The notes: generated by a model not told the origin, from the letters alone. A DNA stretch of 64,000 bases from a bacterium (GCA_027624915.1 JAQBTR010000003.1:5627-69626), one strand, 5' to 3'. Shown: positions 8,103-18,514, counted from the first letter of the stretch. Program-made: numbers and translations.

Positions 8103-8642
8103 TTAACCGAGAGCGCTTCGGACGGCATCTGCAAATTCTTGAGCATCCTTTGGTTTCTCATAAAACCTCTTCCGAAGAAGACGGCTCATCTCTATCTGCA
8201 CTCCGCGACCAGATTTACCCTTATTACAAATATTCTCTTTTAATGTACCTGCCAAATGCTCGTCTGGCTCTTTTTGTAAAATCCCCAAGCCTGACAATTT
8301 ATGAGAAATAGCCTTGATAAGCTCCTCATTGAGACCTCCCAACATAACGTACTCATCATCAGTATCCTTTTCTCCATGTATAGAAACTATCGTGTCCAGA
8401 GAATCTGCTAAATTTAATGCCTGTTGTTCGTCAAACATCGTGCTCGTAACCTTATCTTCCGACGACTCACCATCATAAACATAAAAAGAATAATCATCGC
8501 CAGAAATCAACCGGGCCATAGTTCCAGTTCCGAGGTCTATCTTTCCACCGTGTATAGCAAATACACCTACAGAAGATCCTCGGTCTTTCAGACTTATGAG
8601 ATTTAAATCATAACGATCGCCGTCATTCATGATATGAGTCAC
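8103..8642 (-). CDS. poly-gamma-glutamate hydrolase family (DUF867/YjqB-like)
   Basis: AIHGGKID, VTSTMFDE, SIHG, NICNKGKSGRGVQIEMS. Confidence 0.85.
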   Translation of the reverse strand: MTHIMNDGDRYDLNLISLKDRGSSVGVFAIHGGKIDLGTGTMARLISGDDYSFYVYDGESSEDKVTSTMFDEQQALNLADSLDTIVSIHGEKDTDDEYVMLGGLNEELIKAISHKLSGLGILQKEPDEHLAGTLKENICNKGKSGRGVQIEMSRLLRKRFYEKPKDAQEFADAVRSALG

Positions 8643-8643
8643 C

Positions 8644-10560
8644 CTACACCTTCAAAAGCAAATCAATCTGTCGCTTGCCGACATCCACTCTTTTTACTCT
8701 CACCGAGACCGGATCTCCAAGTTGATATGCTTTCTTTGATTTTTCACCTACAAGCTTCATTTCTTTTTCATTATAGGTAAAGTATTCGTCTCCAAGGTCG
8801 CGTATATGCAAAAGCCCTTGGGCACCAGTCGCTAAGTCTTCAACAAACATACCAAAGTTATTTATTCCAGCCACTCGCCCATTCCATACAGTATGAGCGT
8901 GCATACTTATATATTCAGCTTGCTTATACTTGATAGATTCACGTTCAGCTTCTTCGGCTACTCGTTCGCGTTGTGACGCATACAGTGATTGCTCTTTATA
9001 CCACTCTTTGTCATACGACAGCCTTTCATCTTTTGACAAATATCCAGAAAGTAGTCTGTGGATCATCAAATCGGCGTACCTACGTATTGGGGAGGTAAAG
9101 TGCGTGTACGATTTGAAAGAAAGACCAAAGTGGCCAATATTCTCTACATTGTACTCGGCTCGCTGCATTGATTTGAGAAATGCCTTTCCAACAAGACTTT
9201 CGATTGGTGTGCCGTGCGTCTTTTCCAAAATCGAATTAATTTCTTGGTTTGTAAGCATGTGAGCTTCGTTTGGAAGATTGATATGAAAGTTTCTAAAAAG
9301 TTCTCTTAAATTTTCTAGTTTTTCTGGTTCTGGTCGTTTGTGAATTCGATAGATAAACGGTAAGTCCTTATTGTCTTTAGTTTTATCTTCTACAAAATGG
9401 GCTACTCGCCTGTTCGCAAGAAGCATAAATTGCTCGATGAGCTTGTGCGTATCAAGTGGCTCTCTTTTTACAAAACTAACTGGCGTGCCATTTTCATCTA
9501 TCTTGCAGACAAACTCCTGCTCCTCGAAGTTAATCGAGCCTGCCTTGGCGTTTTCATCTTTTAGTTTTTTTGAAATAGCATCCAACACCAAAAGCTCATC
9601 TGACAGAATGCCAGTCTTGGCGTCAATGGTGTCCTGTGCTTCTTTGTATGAAAAGCGCTTGTCCGAATGTATGATTGTTCGTCCAAACCATTCGGCTTGT
9701 ACCTGTGCATCTTTATCAATCTCAAATATTGCAGAGTATGAAAGACGGTCCTCGTTAGGGTTAAGACTACAAAGGTCATTTGAAATTTTTTCAGGAAGCA
9801 TCGGTATCACTCGATCAACAAGATAAATACTCGTTGAGCGTTTTCGTGCTTCATCATCAAGGACTGTGCCCGGTCTTACAAAGTGACTCACATCCGCTAT
9901 ATGTATTCCTATCTCATAATTACCGTTAGGCAGAGTCTTGAGTGATAACGCATCATCAAAGTCCTTGGCGGTTTCAGGATCTATCGTAAAAGTTGTTATG
10001 CCACGCATGTCTCGTCGTCTAGCCACTTCATCTTCAGAGATATTTTTGGATAGCTTCTCTGCTTCTTTGAGTACATTGTCCGGAAACGCCTCCTCCAACT
10101 CACGCTCAATCAAAATGGCATCCATCTCAACCGCATGCTTGCCGGGTGCGCCCAAAACACGTTCAACAGAAGCAATTGGCTCGAGCACTGGGTCGGTCCA
10201 CTTTTGAAGTGAGACCTGTACCTTCTCTCCTTCTTTTGCACCATTGAGAGATTCTTTCGGTACAAAAAAGTCGCAATATACCTTGAGGTCATCTGGAATT
10301 ACAAAATATCCGTCAGCATCCTTTTCCAAGAGACCGACGAACTTCATTTTCTTTCTTTTGATAATCTTAGTAATACGAGGAAGCCTTGATATGTCAGCCA
10401 TAACAAGGTCACCGTTGAGAGCCGTGTTCAATTCTTTTCGTTCTAATTTGATACCCTCTTCTTTGCCAGGAGGCGTTACAAAACCAAACCCCTTTCTGGT
10501 GGTTCTTATAACAACTTCAAATTTCTTATCGTTTGTCTTCTCTTCAGATTTTCTTTCCAT
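8644..10560 (-). CDS. rnr: ribonuclease R
   Basis: TIDPETAKDFDDA, HIADVSH, YTHFTSPIRRYADL, C-terminal S1 domain. Confidence 0.95.
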   Translation of the reverse strand: MERKSEEKTNDKKFEVVIRTTRKGFGFVTPPGKEEGIKLERKELNTALNGDLVMADISRLPRITKIIKRKKMKFVGLLEKDADGYFVIPDDLKVYCDFFVPKESLNGAKEGEKVQVSLQKWTDPVLEPIASVERVLGAPGKHAVEMDAILIERELEEAFPDNVLKEAEKLSKNISEDEVARRRDMRGITTFTIDPETAKDFDDALSLKTLPNGNYEIGIHIADVSHFVRPGTVLDDEARKRSTSIYLVDRVIPMLPEKISNDLCSLNPNEDRLSYSAIFEIDKDAQVQAEWFGRTIIHSDKRFSYKEAQDTIDAKTGILSDELLVLDAISKKLKDENAKAGSINFEEQEFVCKIDENGTPVSFVKREPLDTHKLIEQFMLLANRRVAHFVEDKTKDNKDLPFIYRIHKRPEPEKLENLRELFRNFHINLPNEAHMLTNQEINSILEKTHGTPIESLVGKAFLKSMQRAEYNVENIGHFGLSFKSYTHFTSPIRRYADLMIHRLLSGYLSKDERLSYDKEWYKEQSLYASQRERVAEEAERESIKYKQAEYISMHAHTVWNGRVAGINNFGMFVEDLATGAQGLLHIRDLGDEYFTYNEKEMKLVGEKSKKAYQLGDPVSVRVKRVDVGKRQIDLLLKV

Positions 10561-10607
10561 ATATACAGAATATCACGAAAACCCTTATTTTACAACGTTT
10601 TTCAACG

Positions 10608-10692
10608 GGGAGGTGAATTTTCTGAAAGAAAAGAGAGGCTGCCCTGGGGTGGGAGGTGAATTTTCTGAAAGAAAAGAGAGGCTGCCCTGGGG
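10608..10692. repeat. tandem duplication of a 42-bp unit
   Basis: GGGAGGTGAATTTTCTGAAAGAAAAGAGAGGCTGCCCTGGGG at 10608-10649 and 10651-10692. Confidence 0.92.
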
Positions 10693-10695
10693 CAC

Positions 10696-11244
10696 TCATT
10701 TTAAATAGAACTCTTGCCTACGGAGTGTCTTTTTAATATCCCTATAATTAGGAACTGTCTTTTCTACCAACGACCAAAACTCTGGTGAATGGTTAAACTC
10801 GCTCAAATGACAAATTTCATGGACTATTATGTAGTCTCTCTCCGCTTGTGGCAAAAAAAGTATCTTGTAGTTAAAACTCAAATTCCCCTTCTTTGAACAA
10901 CTCCCCCAACGAGTCTTTTGGTTTCTTATACTTATCTTATTAAAAGAATGTCTGTATACAGCATTAAAATGAGCAACTCTATCCTTGGCAAGTCCAAGCG
11001 CCTCTTCTTTGTGCTTTACATAATCACCCTTCAAAAAAACACGGACAACATCCTTGTCGATACTTTTGAAAAATTTGATCTTGCTCAAAATCCATTGCCT
11101 CTTGCTCTCGATCAACCGCTCAATGACTGACCAATCAACACCAAAAGGAATCGTCACAGTAAGAACGCCATCATGACCAACAGCCAAGCGCATATACTTA
11201 GACCGTCTGCTTCTTTTTAACGTATATGATATCTCCCTTCTCAT
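10696..11244 (-). CDS. YgjP/DUF45 (M48-like) metal-dependent hydrolase
   Basis: KTRWGSCS, YIIVHEICHL, NHSPEFW. Confidence 0.9.
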   Translation of the reverse strand: MRREISYTLKRSRRSKYMRLAVGHDGVLTVTIPFGVDWSVIERLIESKRQWILSKIKFFKSIDKDVVRVFLKGDYVKHKEEALGLAKDRVAHFNAVYRHSFNKISIRNQKTRWGSCSKKGNLSFNYKILFLPQAERDYIIVHEICHLSEFNHSPEFWSLVEKTVPNYRDIKKTLRRQEFYLK

Positions 11245-11275
11245 TTAAAGATTTAAGTATGTAGTAGTAACAGCT

Positions 11276-11998
11276 CTACTTAATGATACTGAGTGTAGTT
11301 AGAAAGTCCTTGAGTTCCTTGCCTTCGATTATGCGGTACTCTCCCTCTTTGAGAGAACCGAGTTTTATATTTAAAATACGAGTTCGTCGGAGGTCGGTGA
11401 CCGTATTGTGGAGTGCCATGACCATACGACGAATTTGATGACGCTTACCCTCACCAAGCACAACCTTAAATGAGTTGTCACTCGTGCGTTTCACCGTGCA
11501 GGGTTTTGTTTTTGAGTCCTCTCCAATCTCAACGCCACCTGCCATGTGACTTTCGAAGCTATCACGCAAACGATCTTGTGTTTGTACCTCATACTCTTTT
11601 TCGTGTTCGAACTTGGGATTTAAAAGTCGATCAGTAATCCTACCGTCATTAGTTAAAATGATGAGGCCTCGCGATTCTTTATCAAGTCGTCCTAATGGAA
11701 AAACGTCTGTTGGCACGCTGGTCGCTTGAAGTAAGCTTTTAATATCTTGCTCTTCTCCCTGAGGCAAACTTGTCACAATACCCCTTGGTTTATTGTAGGC
11801 AATATATACATATTCTTTTTGCTTGCTCTTGTCACGTACCTCAATCTCGTCAGTCTCCTCTACCTGATCACCAAGAACTGCTTTTTTGCCATTAATAAAA
11901 ACAACTCCCTTTTCAATGAGTTTGTCGGCTCCGCGCCTGGTAGAGTAGTTTTTGTCAGCTAGATATTTATTGATTCGCATGTTTAGTTGTGTTTCCAA
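11276..11998 (-). CDS. rRNA pseudouridine synthase (RsuA/RluB/E/F family)
   Basis: S4 domain (RINKYLA..STRR.AD), YNKPRG, GRLDKESRGL, EGKRHQIRRM. Confidence 0.93.
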   Translation of the reverse strand: METQLNMRINKYLADKNYSTRRGADKLIEKGVVFINGKKAVLGDQVEETDEIEVRDKSKQKEYVYIAYNKPRGIVTSLPQGEEQDIKSLLQATSVPTDVFPLGRLDKESRGLIILTNDGRITDRLLNPKFEHEKEYEVQTQDRLRDSFESHMAGGVEIGEDSKTKPCTVKRTSDNSFKVVLGEGKRHQIRRMVMALHNTVTDLRRTRILNIKLGSLKEGEYRIIEGKELKDFLTTLSIIK

Positions 11999-13242
11999 TA
12001 GGATTCTTGACGCACCAACAAATCTTTCGCATCGCGTGGATTACGCATGATAGCCTCAACAACCTTTTCGCATCTGACGCCTTGCGAGCCTTTGACGAGA
12101 ACGACGTCCCCCTCACGAATGATGCTTGCTGTGTATTTAGCAGCTTCAGTTGAGTTTACAAACCAGTGATACGCTTTTATGTCGTTTGTCTCAATATATT
12201 TGGCACGCATACCAATAGCAATGACTATGTCCGCAGCTTTGGCAGCCATGATACCAACTTTTCGATGTTCGTCAGCCGTGTACTTGCCGAGCTCTAACAT
12301 ATCTCCAAGGACCGCAATTTTACGAGGTGCCTTTATCTCAAACAACATCTTGAGCGCGGCAGACACCGCTAAGGGAGATGCATTATAACTATCATCAATG
12401 ATGAGTGACTTATTTGCACCTGGTATCAAGCTCAAGCGTCCCGGTGGTCCTTTGTAACGTGAGAGTCCCTCCCCTATTTCAATCAAATTTAAATTGTGCG
12501 AAACACCGACGGCCGCTGCTGCCAAAAGACTATACATATTTTGCTCACCAATCGTACCCTCGACTTTGACGGGCATTGTCTTGCCATCATGATCAAGCTT
12601 AAAGGTCATGCCATATGGATTACCAGCACGTACGAGCATGCGATAGCCAGAACCACGTACCATGGCACCATCTCGCATGCCATAGGTGATAACCTTGGCA
12701 CTCGTACGACCTGCTAGCTTCATCACGCGTTCGTCATCAGCATTTAGAATGGCCGTCCCCGATGACTTGAGAGCTGCTACCAACTTGCCCTTTTCGCGCG
12801 CGACACCTTCGGGGCCTTGGAAAAACTCAACATGCACTGGTACATCTCCAATTGCTGTTACTACAGCTGTATCTGGCTTGATCCAGGAAAGCGTCTTATC
12901 AAAATCTCCAGGTCGGTCTACACCCATCTCTAGAACAAGAAGCTCCGGGTACTTACCACGCGAGATGATTAACCATGCCCCTTGTATTATATTCATGAGC
13001 CAGCCTACTGGCGAATGCCATTTGTTTTTTAGTCCAAGAACCGTTAGTGGCAAACCCAACTCACTATTAAAACTCTTAGGACTTTGGCGTGCATCATAAA
13101 ACTGTCCCAAAAGCATACTAACTGCATCCTTGGTTGAGGTTTTACCAACACTACCTGTAATACCAATAACCTTCGGTCTGTGCCGTTTTAGTACCATTTG
13201 TGCCTCTGTCATGAGGATTTTTATTATGAATTTTTTAATCAT
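11983..13242 (-). CDS. murF: UDP-MurNAc-tripeptide:D-Ala-D-Ala ligase
   Basis: GITGSVGKTST, DDSYNASP, LGDMLELG, LVKGSQ. Confidence 0.93.
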   Translation of the reverse strand: MIKKFIIKILMTEAQMVLKRHRPKVIGITGSVGKTSTKDAVSMLLGQFYDARQSPKSFNSELGLPLTVLGLKNKWHSPVGWLMNIIQGAWLIISRGKYPELLVLEMGVDRPGDFDKTLSWIKPDTAVVTAIGDVPVHVEFFQGPEGVAREKGKLVAALKSSGTAILNADDERVMKLAGRTSAKVITYGMRDGAMVRGSGYRMLVRAGNPYGMTFKLDHDGKTMPVKVEGTIGEQNMYSLLAAAAVGVSHNLNLIEIGEGLSRYKGPPGRLSLIPGANKSLIIDDSYNASPLAVSAALKMLFEIKAPRKIAVLGDMLELGKYTADEHRKVGIMAAKAADIVIAIGMRAKYIETNDIKAYHWFVNSTEAAKYTASIIREGDVVLVKGSQGVRCEKVVEAIMRNPRDAKDLLVRQESYWKHN

Positions 13243-14986
13243 TGTTGCTTACTCTTAGCTCATGTGGTCTATCTGGGAGTATTTCAAAATATGAAAATAG
13301 GTGCTTCATCATATCTCGGAATGGTTCGGTGAGAGTTTCTGAAGCGTAACGTACTCCTCTTGGCTTTTCAAGAAAGAAGACTACGAGAAACTCTGGGTCA
13401 TATGCGGGGCCATACCCGAAAAACGTATGCATGAACTCATCGGTATACCCACCACGCCCCGCAATCTGCGCTGTTCCTGTTTTAGCGGCCACCGAGTAAC
13501 CTGGTATGTTGCCTTTGCCTGGTCCTCCACCTAGTTTAGTATCAACAACTTCAACGAGCATTCGAGTCACAGTTTTGGAAGTTTCTTCTTTGAGGACACG
13601 TCGTGGGATTGAAATCTTGCGGGGTAACGAACCGCCCTGACTATATTGAAGCTCTTCTACAATGTACGGTTCAATGAGCTTGCCACCATTAGCGACAGCG
13701 GAGAGTGCACGTGCTAACTCAATCGGCGTCATGCTTATTCCTTGCCCGAAGGATGCTGTTGCGTATTCGATGTCTCTGGTACTCTCAAGATTGTCTAAGT
13801 TGCCAACTGCCTCATTTGGTAAGTCAATACCGGTTACTTCGGCAAGAGCATAATTTTTAAAATACTTTCTAAATGTTTCTTTGCCCATTTGCTCCATGAT
13901 GAAGACAGTTCCTGTATTCAGTGACTGAGACAAAATCTCCTGCATATCGACTCTGCCTCTTGCCTTACCGTCATAGTTTTCGATTACGGCATTATTAAGT
14001 TCGAGTCGTCCACGATCAACATATGTTGTCTCCGGTGTTATAGCTCCCGAGTCGAGACCCGCTGCCATCGTAAGTGGTTTTATAACCGAACCCATCTCAT
14101 AGAGATTCTCAATAAGTGGATTTTTGAAAATAGCTAGGTTATCGATATCTCCATAACTGTTTGGGTTGTACGAAGGGGTGGCAGCGAGCGCCAAGATACG
14201 TCCCGTCTTTGGATTGATAATAATACCTCCAGCGCTTGTGGCCGAATACGTATTCTCTACTCGCTCAAGCACACCCTCGAGGTATGACTGAACACCTGCA
14301 TCAATAGTCAAAACAATATTAGTTCCGTCTTCTTCGGCTGATATAAAACCAGAACCAAGTCTAAGTATCTCACCACCAAGTGTCTTCTCTCCGACAAACT
14401 CACCGTCTCGCCCAAGAAGCTCACCATTATAGTAATGCTCAAGTCCGTACTGCCCCTTGCCGCTCGCACCAACAAAACCGATAGAGTGCGAGGCAAAGTC
14501 CCCCGCTGGATAAAACCGCCAGTTTTCTTCAAAGAAAAGTACCCCAGCCTCATCCCACTCCTCAATTGCTCGTTTTATATTGTGAGGTACACGATGTTGG
14601 ATGATTTCGTATGGGTCGTCTGCCTTAGTTGCCTTTGTGATGAATGCATCCTTATCTATTTCTAAAAACTCTAAAGCATCTAGTTTTTTATAAAGCCCCT
14701 CCGCGTCCTCTATATATCTAGGATCTACTACAAATAACCAACCTCTTTTAGTCGTTGCAATGGGCACAAGACCATCTTTTTCGTGTACTATCACCTCTCC
14801 ACGGTCTGCCTCTATGATAGACGTCACTTCTTGCTGGTCACCTGCACGGTCCTCATACCATGAACCATGTACTACTTGTAGCCAAAAAATTCGGGAAGCG
14901 ATCCCTACAAATACAAATATAATGGCAAACGTTAGCCATACTATGCGTTTTTTAGCGATATTCATCCCATTAGAGGCAGGTCGCAA
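13235..14986 (-). CDS. ftsI: class B penicillin-binding protein (FtsI/PBP3-like)
   Basis: N-terminal TM; SVIK, SLN and KTGT motifs; position after mraZ-rsmH-ftsL. Confidence 0.88.
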   Translation of the reverse strand: MRPASNGMNIAKKRIVWLTFAIIFVFVGIASRIFWLQVVHGSWYEDRAGDQQEVTSIIEADRGEVIVHEKDGLVPIATTKRGWLFVVDPRYIEDAEGLYKKLDALEFLEIDKDAFITKATKADDPYEIIQHRVPHNIKRAIEEWDEAGVLFFEENWRFYPAGDFASHSIGFVGASGKGQYGLEHYYNGELLGRDGEFVGEKTLGGEILRLGSGFISAEEDGTNIVLTIDAGVQSYLEGVLERVENTYSATSAGGIIINPKTGRILALAATPSYNPNSYGDIDNLAIFKNPLIENLYEMGSVIKPLTMAAGLDSGAITPETTYVDRGRLELNNAVIENYDGKARGRVDMQEILSQSLNTGTVFIMEQMGKETFRKYFKNYALAEVTGIDLPNEAVGNLDNLESTRDIEYATASFGQGISMTPIELARALSAVANGGKLIEPYIVEELQYSQGGSLPRKISIPRRVLKEETSKTVTRMLVEVVDTKLGGGPGKGNIPGYSVAAKTGTAQIAGRGGYTDEFMHTFFGYGPAYDPEFLVVFFLEKPRGVRYASETLTEPFRDMMKHLFSYFEILPDRPHELRVSNND

Positions 14987-15109
14987 TCATAACAACCAAA
15001 CCTACCCATGTTTTTAGACTTTTTTATTATGTTCTTATTCATAGAGGTATGTAATCTCATGACTGATGAAGGGCGACGCTTTTTATCTAACGAAATATTT
15101 CTCTTGTAA

Positions 15110-15400
15110 TTATTCTGCAAGGTACCCCAGCGCGATGTCAGGATCAATATATGAAGGAGCATCTACTGCAACAAATCCATCAGCTCTTGCTTTTGGTTCA
15201 AGGTTTTCCAAAACAAGTTTTAGATATTCTGATTTTAATTCTTCATACTCGTCATCCAATTCATAAAGTTCTTGACGTTGTGGCTCGAGCATAAAACCCG
15301 CCATTACTGTGCGAGTAGAAACGGTTACCGAAAATATTCCGGCAGCCACACTTACTATTACAAAAAATACAACAAGTCTATTCATTATGATTTTTTCCAT
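15110..15400 (-). CDS. FtsL-like cell division protein
   Basis: TM plus coiled coil, A...GF tail, between rsmH and ftsI. Confidence 0.6.
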   Translation of the reverse strand: MEKIIMNRLVVFFVIVSVAAGIFSVTVSTRTVMAGFMLEPQRQELYELDDEYEELKSEYLKLVLENLEPKARADGFVAVDAPSYIDPDIALGYLAE

Positions 15401-16245
15401 GCGCGTAGTTTTGAAGAACGCGACCTAGGGTTATCTGCTAATTCACCGGCACTCGGTGTTACTATTTTTTTGGTTAATACCTCACCTCTTGCACGGAATG
15501 CATTTTTGACGATTCGGTCTTCTAAAGAATGAAACGATATCGCAACGACCACTCCCCCAGGACGCACAAGCTCCATTGCCGCCTCAATCCCAAGTCGTAC
15601 ACTTTCGAGCTCTTCGTTGACCGCAATACGTAATGCTTGAAACACTCTGGTTGCGGGATGGATGCGTGTTCGCCATGTCTTTCGACTGGAACGCTCTATA
15701 ACTTCGGCAAGCTGTCCTGTGGTAACTATTCTTTTCTCTTTTCGTGCCTTAACAATTGCTCGGGCATACTTACGACTTTCTCTCTCCTCTCCATACTTGT
15801 GAAAAATATCTGCAAGCTCCACCTCCGGCAGCGAGTTAACTAGTTCAGCCGCCGTTTGTCCTTTTTCTTTTGGTGAGAATCGCATGTCAAGTGGTTCGTT
15901 GTCTCGGAATGTAAAACCCCTTCCTGATTCGTCTAGGTGCCATGATGAAAGTCCGAGATCAAACAATATTCCATCAATCTTTTCTAGCTTGTGTCTCCGA
16001 ACAAACTCCGCCATATTGGTGTAATTTCCTTCTTCGACAACAAGACCTGGTATGTCTTTCTTTTTAATTATCTTTACAATTTCTGGATCTCGTTCAATTC
16101 CAAGAATTGTTCCTTTGCCCTTCATCAATCTAGACATCTCACTCGTATGACCACCACCATTAAGCGTTGCGTCAATGAATGTCTTACCTGGTTTTGGATC
16201 AAGAAATTGCATAACCTCTACCATGAGCACTGACTTATGCTCCAT
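15385..16245 (-). CDS. rsmH: 16S rRNA m4C1402 methyltransferase
   Basis: HKSVL, DATLNGGGH, DLGLSS, HPATRVFQALRI, SFHSLEDR. Confidence 0.97.
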   Translation of the reverse strand: MEHKSVLMVEVMQFLDPKPGKTFIDATLNGGGHTSEMSRLMKGKGTILGIERDPEIVKIIKKKDIPGLVVEEGNYTNMAEFVRRHKLEKIDGILFDLGLSSWHLDESGRGFTFRDNEPLDMRFSPKEKGQTAAELVNSLPEVELADIFHKYGEERESRKYARAIVKARKEKRIVTTGQLAEVIERSSRKTWRTRIHPATRVFQALRIAVNEELESVRLGIEAAMELVRPGGVVVAISFHSLEDRIVKNAFRARGEVLTKKIVTPSAGELADNPRSRSSKLRAWKKS

Positions 16246-16679
16246 TAGTACACTCCTAGCTCACCCAAACGTTCTGCTAATTTGTCAGCGTTTGCTTCCG
16301 TCTTCTTTCGAACTTCACTCCAGTTATCAGGTGACCAAATCTCAACTCGATCAAACACACCGACCACAACTGCTTTGTTACTTAGTCCTGCATACTCTTT
16401 GAGATTGTCTGGAATAAGTATTCGCCCAAGTGAGTCCATTTCGCTCTCTGCCGCACCCGCCAATGTGAACCTGACGAAATTTCGTGTGTCTGCTTGTCCT
16501 TGTGGTAGGGCTGCTAACTTTTTTGCGATCTCCTGCCATACGGACTCTGGATAAAGGAAGAGGCAGTGATCGGGACCGCGTGTGAGCACAAGGGGGCTAC
16601 CAAGTTCTTTACGGAGTCGAGTTGGAATCGACATCCGCTTTTTTGGATCTATTGAGTGTGTGTACTCGCCTACAAACAT
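16245..16679 (-). CDS. mraZ: transcriptional regulator MraZ
   Basis: MFVGEYTHSIDPKKRMSIP, DSLGRILIP, RVEIW. Confidence 0.97.
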   Translation of the reverse strand: MFVGEYTHSIDPKKRMSIPTRLRKELGSPLVLTRGPDHCLFLYPESVWQEIAKKLAALPQGQADTRNFVRFTLAGAAESEMDSLGRILIPDNLKEYAGLSNKAVVVGVFDRVEIWSPDNWSEVRKKTEANADKLAERLGELGVY

Positions 16680-16701
16680 ATAAATTTGTTACTTATTAAC
16701 C

Positions 16702-16783
16702 TTATCCACAGGATTATCCACAAGTCCCCACTTACTTCTACAATACATCCATTTTATCCCACCAAAGTCCCACCGACAACCAC
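16702..16783 (-). promoter_or_regulatory. mraZ upstream region with MraZ boxes and two DnaA-consensus 9-mers
   Basis: GTGGG/GTGGT-like boxes (minus strand) about 10-11 bp apart at 16748-16783, plus one at 16727; TTATCCACA at 16702-16710 and 16714-16722. Confidence 0.7.
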
Positions 16784-16880
16784 TCCGTGAAAATGTCTGG
16801 GGAATACTTATTACAGAAGGAAAACTCCCACCGAGGTGGGAGTTATGCACAAGTTATTAACCGTGAAAAGTTAAACCGAT

Positions 16881-18449
16881 CTAAATTGATTCTTTGAGGC
16901 GTGAAATCAAGAAGTCTCTATCAAGCGTTGAGAGAAACCAACCGGCTTGAGGACCAGAATCTCTGCCCAAAAATGCGACGTACAGTGCGGTAAAAAGATC
17001 CTTGGGAGCTATCCCCTCTGCCTCTTTGATACGATGAAGTTCTTCGTGGAATTTGGCGCCATCAAGAGATTTGTTTTCTTCAACAAATTGTAAAACACGT
17101 GCGAGTGCTTTTTTTTGACTGTCACTAAAACCTTTAACACCTTCTGGGATAGTATCTTTAGCTAGCACGAAACGATATTTTTCGGGAGCATAATTATCAA
17201 GCCAAAGCTTAGTAAATTCTACGCGCTCATTTAGTTCGGTCACCTCTTCTTTGGTGAGGACACTTTCTTTTAGTTCGGCGAATTGCTTTTCAGTATCTAC
17301 ATGCTCCATCTGAGCCACAAAAGCAATCGTTTGAAACCTAGGATGATACATTTCTTTTGGTGGCTTTGAATGATACAAAATCTCAAAAAGACGAGCATCG
17401 TCGTCGCCAACGCCATCCCAATACTTCTTGGCAATTTTATCGTGCCAGTCATACAAAAGCGGTAACAATTCACCTTGTGGGTCGATTGATGTTTGAACGG
17501 TAGGCTCCTTGCCGATGAGCGCTAAGCGCAATATAGCTGGTGGGAAGTTACTTGCGATCTCTCTTGAAGATACACCCCTGCCTCCTGACGAAGACATTTT
17601 TTTGCCATTTTTGTCCAAGAAGAACTCATATGGAATATCATATGGGGATTCAATATTAAATACTTTTTTGGCGATATTTGAGGCAACCTCACGCGCACCC
17701 CCCTTTGTTGAATGATCTTTACCGCCACCCTCAACATCAACTCCAACCACCTTCCATTTGGCAGCCCACTCAACCTTCCATGGAAGCTTAGCGCGGCCAT
17801 CCCATGGCTCTACACTACCTTCATTCTTACATCCAACAGCGCCCCCTGGGCCATCTAGACAACTATAACTAACCTTCTCTCCGTCCCATGCATGTGCCTG
17901 TGTTGTTCCAATCTTGCCACACTCCTCACACACAACTGACACAGGAAGCCAGTCGGACTTCTTTTCTGAACGGGAAACTTTTTTATATATATCACGGATG
18001 GTATCTGCGCTATCAAGAGCCTCACGAATAACATCGTTCATCTTGCCCTCTAAATAAAGCTCACTTGCATTGTAATACTCTGGAGTGAACCCAGATTCAG
18101 CAATCACGTCTTTAAACTCACTTGCATAATACTCAGCAAAATTCTTGGCCTTGCCGTCTGGAGAAGGTATATCTTTTAGTGGTTTACCTAGGTGTTCGCG
18201 CCATTCATCCTCATCCAATTCGGCAGGAATACCATCCATTGGATCGAAGTTATTTATTTCGTAAAGAAACTTGGCCTTTATTCCGTCCTCATGTAATACA
18301 TCTCTGATTGTTCCATGTATCGCCACGCCACGCATTGAACCAATGTGGACTCGGCCTGAAGCTGTCTTTTCATCACGTATAACAAGAGTGCCGTCGTTAC
18401 TTAAAAAACGCTTTTTTATTTCTTCTTTGTGTCTATCTGCCCAAAACAT
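16881..18449 (-). CDS. lysS: lysine--tRNA ligase, class I
   Basis: MFWAD, SGRVHIGS, KLPWKVEW, GGKDH, KMSSS, GPQAG. Confidence 0.95.
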   Translation of the reverse strand: MFWADRHKEEIKKRFLSNDGTLVIRDEKTASGRVHIGSMRGVAIHGTIRDVLHEDGIKAKFLYEINNFDPMDGIPAELDEDEWREHLGKPLKDIPSPDGKAKNFAEYYASEFKDVIAESGFTPEYYNASELYLEGKMNDVIREALDSADTIRDIYKKVSRSEKKSDWLPVSVVCEECGKIGTTQAHAWDGEKVSYSCLDGPGGAVGCKNEGSVEPWDGRAKLPWKVEWAAKWKVVGVDVEGGGKDHSTKGGAREVASNIAKKVFNIESPYDIPYEFFLDKNGKKMSSSGGRGVSSREIASNFPPAILRLALIGKEPTVQTSIDPQGELLPLLYDWHDKIAKKYWDGVGDDDARLFEILYHSKPPKEMYHPRFQTIAFVAQMEHVDTEKQFAELKESVLTKEEVTELNERVEFTKLWLDNYAPEKYRFVLAKDTIPEGVKGFSDSQKKALARVLQFVEENKSLDGAKFHEELHRIKEAEGIAPKDLFTALYVAFLGRDSGPQAGWFLSTLDRDFLISRLKESI

Positions 18450-18514
18450 TTTTTAAAACTAAAAGACGAGCCTTATAAGCCCGTCTAATAATTCGTTCTG
18501 ATTGAACACGGGTG

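Noticed and set aside
10608-10692. CRISPR array
   Set aside because: Only two adjacent units with a 1-bp gap, no spacers and no cas genes; no repeat-spacer array was seen anywhere in the window.
16681-16880. Replication origin
   Set aside because: Only 2-3 DnaA-like boxes in a 200-bp promoter gap, no dnaA/dnaN and no change in gene orientation.
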